A stretch of 64,000 nt of DNA from positions 198,886-262,885 of the forward strand of contig CAVTHO010000005.1 of assembly GCA_963734545.1 (NCBI GenBank), read 5' to 3'. This DNA comes from an uncultured Spirochaetota bacterium. GTDB taxonomy: Bacteria > Spirochaetota > Spirochaetia > SZUA-6 > Fen-1364. The notes under the pieces are model-generated. The model saw only the letters and a program-made list of their open reading frames with translations. It was not told where the DNA came from and made no database searches. The position numbers and the translations under genes are program-made. Shown here one piece after another: positions 53,333 through 62,370 of the stretch (the first letter of the stretch is position 1; every line of letters begins with the position of its first letter).

Positions 53333-54328
53333 TTGTCGATGAATCCAAGGCCGTTCAAAGCTGATGTGCCCACTCTGCACCCCGCAACCCTCCTGGGTCC
53401 GATCACGATACGGGTCGGGGACCTCGAGCGTTCGGTCCAGTTCTATGAAAAGGCGATCGGCCTTGCGTCCGCTCGCCAGGCCGGAGGGCACACTGCTCTC
53501 GGCGTGAAAGATGAGCCGCCCCTGATTTTCCTGCAGGAAACGCCCGGCGCGCGGCATGCGCCGAGGAGCTCCGGGCTCTACCACTTCGCGATATTGCTCC
53601 CCACCCGGGCCGACCTTGGCCGTGCCCTGCAGCGGCTGATCGACTCCGATATCCGCTTTGGCCAGGCGGATCACCTCGTGAGCGAGGCCCTGTACCTTTC
53701 GGACCCGGACGGAAATGGCATGGAGATTTATCGGGATCGACCGCGCACGGAATGGACCTGGCGCGCCGGGAAAGTCGAGATGACGGTCGATCCGCTGGAC
53801 CTCGACAGCCTGCTGAAAGACGCGGGAACAATCGAGGGCTCACCGCGCGCCGGGGAGATTCGCGCCGCGGTACCCCGCGGATTTGATGGCGCCGCGGTAC
53901 TCCGCGGATTTGATGGCGCCTCCGCACCCCGCGGATTCGGCGCCGCGCCGGCAGGTACCACCATCGGGCATCTCCACCTCCAGGTGTCGGACGTACAGAA
54001 GGCTGTGGAGTTCTACCACGGCGTGCTCGGATTCGACATCACCGCCTCATTTCAAGGAGCGGCGTTCCTCAGTGCGGGCGGCTATCATCACCATCTCGGA
54101 CTGAACAGCTGGAACTCGCGCGGAGCGCCCGCCGCCCCGCCCGGCTCCTCCGGGCTGGAGTCATTCACGATCCGGGTGCCCTCCGCAGACGAGCAGGGGC
54201 GCATCGCAGCGCGCCTCAGGCAGGCGGGTGTACCCGGCGTCTTCGAGAATGGACGGTTGAGCGTGCGGGACCCGTGGAATATCGGGATAGAGATTATTTC
54301 GGAAACGCCCGCGAGCCCCGCCGGCTGA
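53333..54328 (+). CDS. Two-domain VOC/glyoxalase-family protein (CatE-like) with a repeat-encoded inter-domain insertion
   Basis: Two VOC modules (ITIRVGDLERSVQFYEKAIGL...H.A...; IGHLHLQVSDVQKAVEFYHGVLGF...HHHLGLN) separated by AAVPRGFDG AAVLRGFDG ASAPRGFG. Confidence 0.8.
   Translation: MSMNPRPFKADVPTLHPATLLGPITIRVGDLERSVQFYEKAIGLASARQAGGHTALGVKDEPPLIFLQETPGARHAPRSSGLYHFAILLPTRADLGRALQRLIDSDIRFGQADHLVSEALYLSDPDGNGMEIYRDRPRTEWTWRAGKVEMTVDPLDLDSLLKDAGTIEGSPRAGEIRAAVPRGFDGAAVLRGFDGASAPRGFGAAPAGTTIGHLHLQVSDVQKAVEFYHGVLGFDITASFQGAAFLSAGGYHHHLGLNSWNSRGAPAAPPGSSGLESFTIRVPSADEQGRIAARLRQAGVPGVFENGRLSVRDPWNIGIEIISETPASPAG
53862..53950. repeat. GC-rich palindromic repeat, tandem 27-nt (9-codon) units inside the VOC gene
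   Basis: GCGCCGCGGTACCCCGCGGATTTGATG (53862-53888) / GCGCCGCGGTACTCCGCGGATTTGATG (53889-53915) / GCGCCTCCGCACCCCGCGGATTCG / GCGCCGCGCC. Confidence 0.85.
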
Positions 54329-54409
54329 AAAAGGCCCGCCATTACGGCGGGCCCTTGCCTTGACTTCTTCTATGAGAGCGATCTGTTCAGCCTGCCGGCC
54401 GACGCGCGC

Positions 54410-55522
54410 TCAATCGTAGACCAGCTGCGCGATGTCGGGCTGGTCCATGTTGGTGGAGTCGTAGAACTTGGCACCGGTGTCGACGTTCGCGACCGCTTGT
54501 CCCTTCTTCGCCTGAACGGCAAGCTCAACAGCCTTGTAGCCGATCTGGTACGGGTCCTGCGTGATCGCGCCGAAGAAGTACTTGTTCCGGATGGCCGCCT
54601 TCTGGGCTTTGCCGGCATCGAACCCGATGACCACCAGGCCGGGATACTGGGTAGGCAGCGCGCTGCCGTCGTTGGTGGCCGAAAGAACCGCCCGTGCGGT
54701 CCCCTCATTCGAGCAGAAGATGCCGAGGACATTGTCCGACTGGACACGGTTCAGCAGGGCCGCGGCGGAATTGGTGGCGTCCGTATCCTTCGGCGAAGCA
54801 GGAACTACCACGTTGATGATGATGGCCTTTCCGCTGGTCGGGCTGTCCGGGGCGATATACGCCGGGTTCCCCGTCACGCTGATGTCGGCCTTGGAGTGGC
54901 TGGTCTGGGTGGTGATGAGCTGGATCATCCTGTCCCGGAATCCCTTTCCGCGATCTGTCACCGACTGGCTCGTTGCGTCCTGGTTGAAGTCTATGATCAT
55001 GACCGGGCTCGCGTTGCTCGCCGCTGCGATCTTGTCTTTGAGCGCGGCGAACATCTTGTCGGCGGCGACTCCCGCCGCGGCATAGCTGTTGGTGGCCGCG
55101 GTCGCGTAAATCGAGCCTTTCGGCGCATTCGGAACGCCGGAGTCGAATCCGATGATGGGGATCTTCCGCCGCACAGCCTCGTTCAGCTGATCCATAACGG
55201 AGTTCGTGTCGAGCGCCGCAAGCGCGATGGCCGCAGGGTTCTTTGCCATTGCGTTCTGCAGCATCTGCACCTGGGGCTGGATGTCGGCTTCACTGGGCGG
55301 CCCTTCGAAGGTGATATCGACGCCGTACTTCGCTGCCGCATCCTCCGCACCCTTCTTCACCGTCTGCCAGAACTGATGCTGGAACCCCTTGGAAATGACG
55401 GGAATGTACATCTTCCCGCCCTGCGCTGCCTGCTCTCCGCCACCGCTGGCAAACGCCGGAAGGGCGAGAGCAACAAAGAGCGCGGCCGCTGCCATGAGCA
55501 GCACGCCTTTTCGTAGGGACAT
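54410..55522 (-). CDS. Sugar ABC transporter substrate-binding protein (Peripla_BP_4)
   Basis: Signal peptide (LLMAAAALFVALALPAFASGG) and the CUT2 binding-protein pattern (IPVISKGFQHQFWQ, IALAALD, IPIIGFDSG, GIFCSNEG, VVIGFDAG). Confidence 0.85.
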   Translation of the reverse strand: MSLRKGVLLMAAAALFVALALPAFASGGGEQAAQGGKMYIPVISKGFQHQFWQTVKKGAEDAAAKYGVDITFEGPPSEADIQPQVQMLQNAMAKNPAAIALAALDTNSVMDQLNEAVRRKIPIIGFDSGVPNAPKGSIYATAATNSYAAAGVAADKMFAALKDKIAAASNASPVMIIDFNQDATSQSVTDRGKGFRDRMIQLITTQTSHSKADISVTGNPAYIAPDSPTSGKAIIINVVVPASPKDTDATNSAAALLNRVQSDNVLGIFCSNEGTARAVLSATNDGSALPTQYPGLVVIGFDAGKAQKAAIRNKYFFGAITQDPYQIGYKAVELAVQAKKGQAVANVDTGAKFYDSTNMDQPDIAQLVYD

Positions 55523-55688
55523 ACTGGTACCTCCTCTGCGTGTCTGCCTCGAACATGCGTTCGGGGCTGGTTCATGAGTCCTGCAGCCGGCGCGGGCGTC
55601 AGGCCTCGCTTTTTCACATCCCTGTGCTCGGGCTCGCTGTCCGCTGCGCGGCCAGCTTCCGCCCTATGGCTCGGCCTCGACGTCCTGT

Positions 55689-56984
55689 CTATGGCTGCCG
55701 CTCGATTTCCTTCTGCTGCGGAAGATCCTTGTGCTTGACCATTTCGGCAAACTCGTGATCCGCCGCCTTCTCTTCCGCCCGGATTCGGGCCTGCTCCGCC
55801 TTCTCCTCCACTCTCATCTTCGCGAAGGCGGCCTTCAGCTCGCTTTTCGCCTTTGCGATCTGCACCCGAATCGCAGCGGCCTGCGAGGTCTCACCGGCCG
55901 CCCTGCGCGACGAGGCGTCCTGCTTCATGGCGGCGATCTTCTCCAGCATCGACGCCTTGTACGCATCCGCCGGCGTCTCGATCCGCACTTCCGCCGCCTT
56001 CTTGTTGCGGTACATGTCCAGGAGCACGGCTCCAATGACGATGATTCCCGTGAAGAAAGTCTGGTAGTGAGCCTCGAGGTTCAGGGCCGGCAGCCCGGTG
56101 GCCAGCACCGACATGATGAACACGCCGATGATGGTTCCCCAGATCGTGCCGATGCCTCCCGCAAGCGAGGTCCCTCCGATGACTGCTGCCGCGATGGCAT
56201 ACAGCTCGAATCCCTGCCCCTGCGCGGGCAGGACCGTGGTGTAGATCGCGGCATAGGCGATTCCGCCGATGCCCGCCGTGGCACCGGCGATGACATAGAC
56301 CAGCAGCTCCCACTTCTTCACGTCGACGCCGGAGAGACGGGCCGCTTCCTTGTTGCTGCCGATGGCATACGTGTAGCGGCCCAGCTTCGTGCTGGAGAGG
56401 AGCAGATGGCAGAGCACGGCAACGGCGGCGAGCAGGAGCGCGCCCGTCGGTATGGCCCCTCCGGACTTACCGATGTAGAGGAAGATGCTCTTGAACCATC
56501 CGCCCTCCGTGCCGCGGATGGGGAAGGTGGCGCTCTGCACGTTGGCAACAATGGAGCCGACGCCCATCGAGATCATCATTGTGCCCAGTGTCACGATGAA
56601 CGGGGGCATCTTCAGCCGGGAGACGAACAGGCCATTGATGTAGCCGAACGCGATGCCCACCACGATGATAAGGAGAAGGGAGGGGACCATCGGGAATCCA
56701 TGCTTGAGCGCGGTGCCGCCGATGATGGCGGCGCACATCATGACCGTCCCGATGGAAAGGTCGATCCCGCCGCTGATGATGACAAAAGTCACGCCCATCG
56801 AGATGAAGCCAATGTAGTAGGCGGCGCTGATGATGTTCACCAGGGTGGGGTAGGAGAAGTAGTTGCGCCCGAACAGGCCGAACAGGACGTAGAGAATGAC
56901 AAGGGCCCCCGGGGCAAGCACCCACTTCAGCCCCCGTTCCCGGAACCACTGCATTCGACTCATCTCGAGCGTCATATCCGCCAT
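55689..56984 (-). CDS. Sugar ABC transporter permease with a ~100-aa charged C-terminal extension
   Basis: CUT2 permease core (GGIDLSIGT, LGRYTYAIGSNKEAARLSGV, ELYAIAAAVIGGTSLAGG.GT). A Lys/Glu/Ala-rich predicted coiled-coil tail follows (..AAIRVQIAKAKSELKAAFAKMRVEEKAEQARIRAEEKAADHEF..). Confidence 0.85.
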   Translation of the reverse strand: MADMTLEMSRMQWFRERGLKWVLAPGALVILYVLFGLFGRNYFSYPTLVNIISAAYYIGFISMGVTFVIISGGIDLSIGTVMMCAAIIGGTALKHGFPMVPSLLLIIVVGIAFGYINGLFVSRLKMPPFIVTLGTMMISMGVGSIVANVQSATFPIRGTEGGWFKSIFLYIGKSGGAIPTGALLLAAVAVLCHLLLSSTKLGRYTYAIGSNKEAARLSGVDVKKWELLVYVIAGATAGIGGIAYAAIYTTVLPAQGQGFELYAIAAAVIGGTSLAGGIGTIWGTIIGVFIMSVLATGLPALNLEAHYQTFFTGIIVIGAVLLDMYRNKKAAEVRIETPADAYKASMLEKIAAMKQDASSRRAAGETSQAAAIRVQIAKAKSELKAAFAKMRVEEKAEQARIRAEEKAADHEFAEMVKHKDLPQQKEIERQP

Positions 56985-56987
56985 GCT

Positions 56988-58520
56988 TCAGCTCCTGCTG
57001 AGGACCGCTTGGTGGCCAATGGTCGCGTACCCCATGATGGCTTCCTGGCTGGCCTCTTCAATGGGAAGCTCCCCGGTGAGCCTTCCCTCTGACATTACGA
57101 TGATGCGGTCGCTCATGCGGAGGATCTCAGGCAGCTCCGACGAGATCATGATGACCGACTTGCCCTCTCGGGTCAGCTCGTTCATCAGCGTATAGATTTC
57201 ACTTTTCGCCCCCACGTCGATCCCGCGGGTCGGCTCGTCGAAGATCAGGATGTCGCAGTTGCGGATGAGCCACTTGGCGATAACGACCTTCTGCTGGTTC
57301 CCCCCGGAGAGATTTCTCAGGAGCTGTTCAAGGGAGGGCGTCTTGATGTTCAGCCGGCGCACGTACTCTTCAGTCGCCTGCCGCACCTTTTTTGCATTGA
57401 TGAACAGGCCGCGCTGGAAGCGGTTGTACGTGGCCAATGCCAGGTTGTCCCGCACGCTCAGGTTGACCGCGAGGCCGAAGCGCTTGCGGTCTTCTGAGAG
57501 GTAGCCGATCCCGTTCGCCACGGCATCCTCCGGCGACTGGATGGACACGCGGCGTCCCCGCACCTCGATCGTGCCGCTCTGGACCTCGTCCGCGCCGAAG
57601 ATGGCCCGCGCCGTTTCGGTCCGGCCGGATCCCATCAGCCCGGCGATGCCGAGGATTTCCCCCTGCCGCAGGTCGAAGCTGACGTCCCGCACGAGCCTCC
57701 CGGCGTTCAGCCGGTTCACCCGCAGAACGACCGGCGCGTTCGGTGGAACGCTGCCGCGCGTCTTCGGCTGCTCGTAGATGACCCGGCCCACCATCATGTT
57801 GATGATCTGCTGCTTGGTCACCTCGGCGGTCGGCTTCGTATCGACGCGCTCGCCGTCGCGCAGAACCGTCACCCGATGGGCAATGCGGTGGATCTCGTCG
57901 AGGCGGTGGGAAATGTGGATCATCGCCACGCCCCGGCTCGCCAGGTCGCGCATGATGGCGAAAAGCTCGTCGATCTCGGCGTCCGTCAGCGCGGCTGTCG
58001 GCTCGTCCAGGATCAGAATTCGCAGTCGGTGCGACACCGCCTTCGCGATCTCCACCATCTGCTGCTTGCCGACTGACAGCCGCCCGAGCGGCTCGTTGGG
58101 ATCGATGTTCATCTTCAGCCGCTTGAACAACTCCTCCGCCCGCCGGGTCTGCTCGCGCTTGTCCAGAAAGATGCCATTGAGACGGGTGGATTCCCTTCCG
58201 ATGAAGATGTTCTGGGCCACCGTGAGGTGATACATCATGTTCAATTCCTGGTGGATGATCCCGATGCCCATCTCGAGGGCATGCTTGGGGCTGCGCGGAT
58301 TGAACAAGTGGCCGAGGTAGTGGATTTCCCCGGAATCTTTCGCATTGATGCCGATGAGGACCTTCATGAGCGTCGACTTGCCGGCGCCGTTCTCCCCGAC
58401 CAGCGCGTGGATCTCAGCCTCGTCGAGATCGAAGTCCACCTGCCGCAGGGCATGCACACCAGTGAAGCGTTTGTCGATTCTCTGCATGGAGAGGATTTGC
58501 CGGCCCATATTGATTGCCAC
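56988..58520 (-). CDS. Sugar ABC transporter ATP-binding protein (two fused NBDs)
   Basis: GENGAGKSTL, LSVGKQQMVEIAKAV, LILDEPT, HISHRL; second half LSGGNQQKVVIAKWL, LIFDEPTRGIDV. Confidence 0.9.
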   Translation of the reverse strand: MAINMGRQILSMQRIDKRFTGVHALRQVDFDLDEAEIHALVGENGAGKSTLMKVLIGINAKDSGEIHYLGHLFNPRSPKHALEMGIGIIHQELNMMYHLTVAQNIFIGRESTRLNGIFLDKREQTRRAEELFKRLKMNIDPNEPLGRLSVGKQQMVEIAKAVSHRLRILILDEPTAALTDAEIDELFAIMRDLASRGVAMIHISHRLDEIHRIAHRVTVLRDGERVDTKPTAEVTKQQIINMMVGRVIYEQPKTRGSVPPNAPVVLRVNRLNAGRLVRDVSFDLRQGEILGIAGLMGSGRTETARAIFGADEVQSGTIEVRGRRVSIQSPEDAVANGIGYLSEDRKRFGLAVNLSVRDNLALATYNRFQRGLFINAKKVRQATEEYVRRLNIKTPSLEQLLRNLSGGNQQKVVIAKWLIRNCDILIFDEPTRGIDVGAKSEIYTLMNELTREGKSVIMISSELPEILRMSDRIIVMSEGRLTGELPIEEASQEAIMGYATIGHQAVLSRS

Positions 58521-58727
58521 GATTATTGCGTGCTTTCCGGCTTATGTAAAGAGAGAGCTTTCAATCGTGCGGCTCGCCATACATGCGCTACGAAACAATG
58601 GTACGAATAACGCGCACGGAGAGTCAAGCTGCGGCACTCCCTCGTCAGAAATCCATTTGAAGGAAAGCCATTCCGGCGCCTTACGCGACCGTTGCCCCGG
58701 CGCGGGCACGACGATACATTCTACGCG

Positions 58728-59468
58728 ATGAGAATCGGTGAAAATGCCGAGGCTCTTGAGCTCACGATGAGCTTCCTCGGCAACCGGGGAGTCATTTATC
58801 CCACGCTCTTCTGGGATGACGCGGACGGCGCGACCCTGGTGGATGCGGGCATGCCCGGGCATCTGCCCGACATTGAAGGGAAGCTCCACGACCTGGGGCT
58901 GAAGCTCACCGACATCCGCAGGATACTCCTGACCCATCAGGACATCGACCACATCGGCTCGGCCGCCGACATCGCGCGCGCATCAGGGGCCGAGGTGTAC
59001 GCGCACGAGGCGGACGTTCCCTATATCCAGGGAGAAAAACCTCTTCTCAAGCTGGACATGAGCAGGTACGAGTCCCGGCTCCTCGCTCTACCCAAGAAGC
59101 AGCAGGACCGGGTACGCGCGTTCCTCTCTTCACCACCGCGGGTCAGGGTGGATCGCGTCTTGAATGGCGGAGAGGAGTTGTCTTTCCACGGTGGGATCGT
59201 GGTCATCCCCACGCCGGGCCACACGCCGGGGCATGTGTGCTACTACGTCAAGACGCAGATGCTGCTGATGGCGGGAGACGCGCTGCGCGTCGAGGAGGGC
59301 AGCCTGATCGGTCCAAGCCCCCTGGGAACGCCGGACATGCGGCGGGCAGTGAGCTCCCTGAAGAACCTCCAACCCTACCGTATCGACATGGTGCTCTGCT
59401 ATCACGGAGGGCTCGCTCAGCGGGAAGTAGGCTCCCGGCTGCGGGAGCTCGCCAGGATCGGGGGCTGA
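58728..59468 (+). CDS. MBL-fold metallo-hydrolase
   Basis: H-x-H-x-D-H-type motif as LTHQDIDHIGS, plus later ligands (TPGHTPGH, YHGG). Start at ATG 58728 is assumed. Confidence 0.8.
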   Translation: MRIGENAEALELTMSFLGNRGVIYPTLFWDDADGATLVDAGMPGHLPDIEGKLHDLGLKLTDIRRILLTHQDIDHIGSAADIARASGAEVYAHEADVPYIQGEKPLLKLDMSRYESRLLALPKKQQDRVRAFLSSPPRVRVDRVLNGGEELSFHGGIVVIPTPGHTPGHVCYYVKTQMLLMAGDALRVEEGSLIGPSPLGTPDMRRAVSSLKNLQPYRIDMVLCYHGGLAQREVGSRLRELARIGG

Positions 59469-59564
59469 AGCTGCCCGCTCCGCTGATCGCACCCGCTCGC
59501 CGACACGCGCGTGTGCAGGCCCAGGCGTTTCCTCATGTACGACTATTTTAGTACTATTTATCCG

Positions 59565-60608
59565 ATGCCAGGTCACGCGGTTTCGGAAAAACAGGTTCTG
59601 GACGCTCTTCGCACCGTGCAGGAACCGGAGTTGCATCGGGACCTCGTGTCGCTGGACTTCATTCGCGATATCCGCATCAACGGCGCGGATGTCGCGTTTT
59701 CAGTGACTCTCACTACCCCCGCCTGCCCGTTGAAGGACCAGATCAGGGAGGAGAGTGAAAAAGCCATCCGGGAGCTCGTTCCGGGTGTGCAGCGTATCGA
59801 CATCACCTTCGACGCCCGGGTCCGTGCGGACAAACGAATACAGGACAAGATCAATCTCCCAATCAAGACCATTGTCGCGGTGGGCAGCGGGAAAGGCGGT
59901 GTGGGCAAGTCCACCATCAGCGTCAATCTCGCGGTGGGGCTCGCGCAATGGGGCGCCAAGGTGGGATTGCTGGACGCGGACATCTATGGACCCAATATCC
60001 CCACCCTGATGGGAGTGCAGGACCTTCCTCCGCCGGACGGAGAAAAAATGGTGCCGGTGCTTGCCCACGGTGTGCGGGTCATGAGCATGGGGTTTCTCGT
60101 CGGAGCGGAGGAAGCCCTGGTCTGGCGGGGCCCGATGATCCACAGCGCGCTCCGCCAGCTCCTCACGGAAGTGGTGTGGGGCGAGCTCGATTACCTCGTG
60201 GTGGACCTGCCGCCGGGCACCGGGGACGCGCAGCTCAGCATCGCCCAGCTTGTGCCTCTCACGGGGGGCATTGTGGTCACCACCCCGCAGCTTCTCTCCG
60301 TGAGCGACGCCCGTCGGGGGGTCACCGCGTTCCGAAAGCTGGGGGTCCCTGTCCTGGGCGTCGTGGAGAACATGAGCGGCGATGTCTTCGGCAGCGGCGG
60401 CGGCGAGCGCGCCGCGGCCGAGATGGGCGTGCCATTTCTTGCCCGCATTCCGCTGGACCCCCGCGTCTCCCGGCTGGGAGACGAAGGCCGGCCCGCCGTC
60501 ACCGTCGAGGAGGCCCTCGAATCGAAGGTGGCATTCCGCGAGCTTGCCCGCAGCGTCGCTGCCGCGATCAGCGTGCACCAGTTCCAGGAGAACGGGAAGG
60601 GGCGATGA
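59565..60608 (+). CDS. apbC: Mrp/ApbC-type Fe-S cluster carrier ATPase with N-terminal DUF59/MIP18 domain
   Basis: The DUF59 part has [13 protein letters not shown] and TTPACP. Deviant Walker [12 protein letters not shown]. CxxC is absent, but the typical ...[13 protein letters not shown] region is present. Start at ATG 59565 is assumed. Confidence 0.85.
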   Translation: MPGHAVSEKQVLDALRTVQEPELHRDLVSLDFIRDIRINGADVAFSVTLTTPACPLKDQIREESEKAIRELVPGVQRIDITFDARVRADKRIQDKINLPIKTIVAVGSGKGGVGKSTISVNLAVGLAQWGAKVGLLDADIYGPNIPTLMGVQDLPPPDGEKMVPVLAHGVRVMSMGFLVGAEEALVWRGPMIHSALRQLLTEVVWGELDYLVVDLPPGTGDAQLSIAQLVPLTGGIVVTTPQLLSVSDARRGVTAFRKLGVPVLGVVENMSGDVFGSGGGERAAAEMGVPFLARIPLDPRVSRLGDEGRPAVTVEEALESKVAFRELARSVAAAISVHQFQENGKGR

Positions 60609-61375
60609 AACTACATGTCGATATCAGGCGCTTCGACCCCCGGTCGGGAGCGCCCTCCTTTGAACAGGGATATGAGGTGGAAGCGGAGCCCACGGACCGG
60701 CTGCTCGACGTGCTCCTCCGCATCAAGAGCCTTCAGGATGCCTCCCTCTCCTTCCGCTACAGCTGCGCGCACGGCGTGTGCGGCTCCGACGCCATGCGCA
60801 TCAACGGCAAGGAACGCCTGGCGTGCAAGACCCTGGTGCGCGATGTCGCGGGCACCGGTGAGGCGAATGGGCAGGAGGCGGTACGGGTGCAGATCGAGCC
60901 GCTGCGCCACTTGCCGGTGCTGCGTGACCTGATCGTGGACCAGGCGGAGTTCTTCCGCCGCAGCCTGACGGTCACTCCGTTTCTCCTGCCCGCGGGAACC
61001 GCCGTGGACAGGGAAATGCTCCAGGCGCCGCAGCAGCAGCAGCAATTCGAGGATGCGACGAAATGCATCAACTGCGCGGCCTGTTTTTCCGCGTGTCCCG
61101 TGCTGGAAAAGAACCCGCGGTTCCTCGGACCCGCGGCCATCGTGCATGCCGCCCGGTTCGTTGAGGACAGCCGCGACTGGGGCCTGGCGCCGCGGCTGGA
61201 CGCCCTGGACACTCCGGACGGGGTCTGGGGGTGCGAGAATCACTTCGAATGCACGCGGGTCTGTCCGCGGGAGATCAAGGTGACGAAGCTGATCAATCTC
61301 ATGAAGCGGCGCGTGACGCAGGAGCGGGAAAAGCGCGGGGAGAACGTTCACGGTTCGTCGGAGAAGGGCGCCTAG
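60605..61375 (+). CDS. Stand-alone succinate dehydrogenase/fumarate reductase iron-sulfur subunit-like protein (SdhB/FrdB fold)
   Basis: ATGA overlap with the apbC stop. [2Fe-2S] motif [21 protein letters not shown] (Asp at the third ligand position, as in E. coli SdhB), [12 protein letters not shown] and [12 protein letters not shown] cluster motifs. There is no flavoprotein or membrane-anchor subunit nearby. Confidence 0.8.
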   Translation: MKLHVDIRRFDPRSGAPSFEQGYEVEAEPTDRLLDVLLRIKSLQDASLSFRYSCAHGVCGSDAMRINGKERLACKTLVRDVAGTGEANGQEAVRVQIEPLRHLPVLRDLIVDQAEFFRRSLTVTPFLLPAGTAVDREMLQAPQQQQQFEDATKCINCAACFSACPVLEKNPRFLGPAAIVHAARFVEDSRDWGLAPRLDALDTPDGVWGCENHFECTRVCPREIKVTKLINLMKRRVTQEREKRGENVHGSSEKGA

Positions 61376-61377
61376 GA

Positions 61378-62370
61378 GTGTCGGACGCGCGGGCTTCACA
61401 GCGAAAGCCGGAGTGGCTGAAGATCCGGCTCAATACGACGGAGAGCTACGTCGCCGTCAAGAATCTCGTGCGCGCGGGGGAGCTGCACACCGTCTGCGAG
61501 GAGGCGCGCTGTCCCAATCTGCACGAGTGCTGGGGCACGCACCGTACGGCGAGCTTCATGATCCTGGGAGACACCTGCACGCGGCGCTGCCGTTTCTGCG
61601 CCGTGGGCACCGGTCTGCCCGGCGAGGTGGACCGCCTGGAGCCCCTGCGCGTGGCAGCGGCCGTCATGCGCATGGGGTTGAAGCACGCTCATGTCACGAT
61701 GGTCAACAGGGATGACCTGGCGGACGGCGGCGCATTCATGATGGCCTCAACTGTCCGCGCCATCCACGCGCGCGTGCCGGACTGCTCGATCGAGGTCCTC
61801 ACCTCTGACTTCATGGGCTCCCGGGAGGCCATCCACGCCGTGGTGGAGAGCGCGGCCGACGTGGTGAGCCACAACGTGGAAACAGTACGCAGGCTGACGC
61901 CCCTCGTGCGCTCGCGCTCCAGCTATGACAGGTCGCTGGAGTTCCTCCGTATCGCAAAAGAGCTCGACCCGGAAGGCGTCACCAAGTCGAGCATCATGCT
62001 CGGGCTGGGCGAATCGCGCGAGGAGGTGATCTCCACACTGGAGGACCTTCGCGCGGCGCGTGTGGACATTGTCAACATCGGGCAGTACCTCCAGCCCACG
62101 CGCAACAACATCCCGGTGGACAGGTACTGGCACCCCGGTGAGTTCGCGGAGCTCAAGGAAGTCGCCATGGAGAAGGGCTTCCTCTACTGCGAGGCAGGGC
62201 CGCTGGTCCGGTCCTCCTATCACGCCGGAGAGCAGTACGAGGGGTTTCGCGAGCACCTCGCCCGCATCCGCGCCGCCGTACCCGGCGGATTGGGCGCCGC
62301 TGTACCCGGCGGATTGGGCGCCGCCGCAGGCGGATCCCGGGCGGCGCAAAATCCAGACCTGCCTACATGA
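61378..62370 (+). CDS. lipA: Lipoyl synthase with a repeat-encoded C-terminal extension
   Basis: KPEWLK, auxiliary-cluster motif CEEARCPNLHEC, radical-SAM motif CTRRCRFC, and C-terminal RSSYHA. GTG 61378 is the likely start, 2 nt after the upstream stop. The tail is AAVPGGLG AAVPGGLG AAAGGS... Confidence 0.88.
   Translation: MSDARASQRKPEWLKIRLNTTESYVAVKNLVRAGELHTVCEEARCPNLHECWGTHRTASFMILGDTCTRRCRFCAVGTGLPGEVDRLEPLRVAAAVMRMGLKHAHVTMVNRDDLADGGAFMMASTVRAIHARVPDCSIEVLTSDFMGSREAIHAVVESAADVVSHNVETVRRLTPLVRSRSSYDRSLEFLRIAKELDPEGVTKSSIMLGLGESREEVISTLEDLRAARVDIVNIGQYLQPTRNNIPVDRYWHPGEFAELKEVAMEKGFLYCEAGPLVRSSYHAGEQYEGFREHLARIRAAVPGGLGAAVPGGLGAAAGGSRAAQNPDLPT
62270..62345. repeat. GC-rich repeat, tandem 24-nt (8-codon) units in the lipA 3' end
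   Basis: GCGCCGCCGTACCCGGCGGATTGG (62270-62293) / GCGCCGCTGTACCCGGCGGATTGG (62294-62317) / GCGCCGCCGCAGGCGGATCCCGG. It is related to the 27-nt unit at 53.9 kb. Confidence 0.85.

Noticed and set aside
59948-60604. N-terminal 219 aa of the 475-aa ORF 59948-61375
   Set aside because: It overlaps apbC in another frame and has Arg/Gly/Pro-rich composition. The SdhB-like protein starts at ATG 60605, coupled to the apbC stop.
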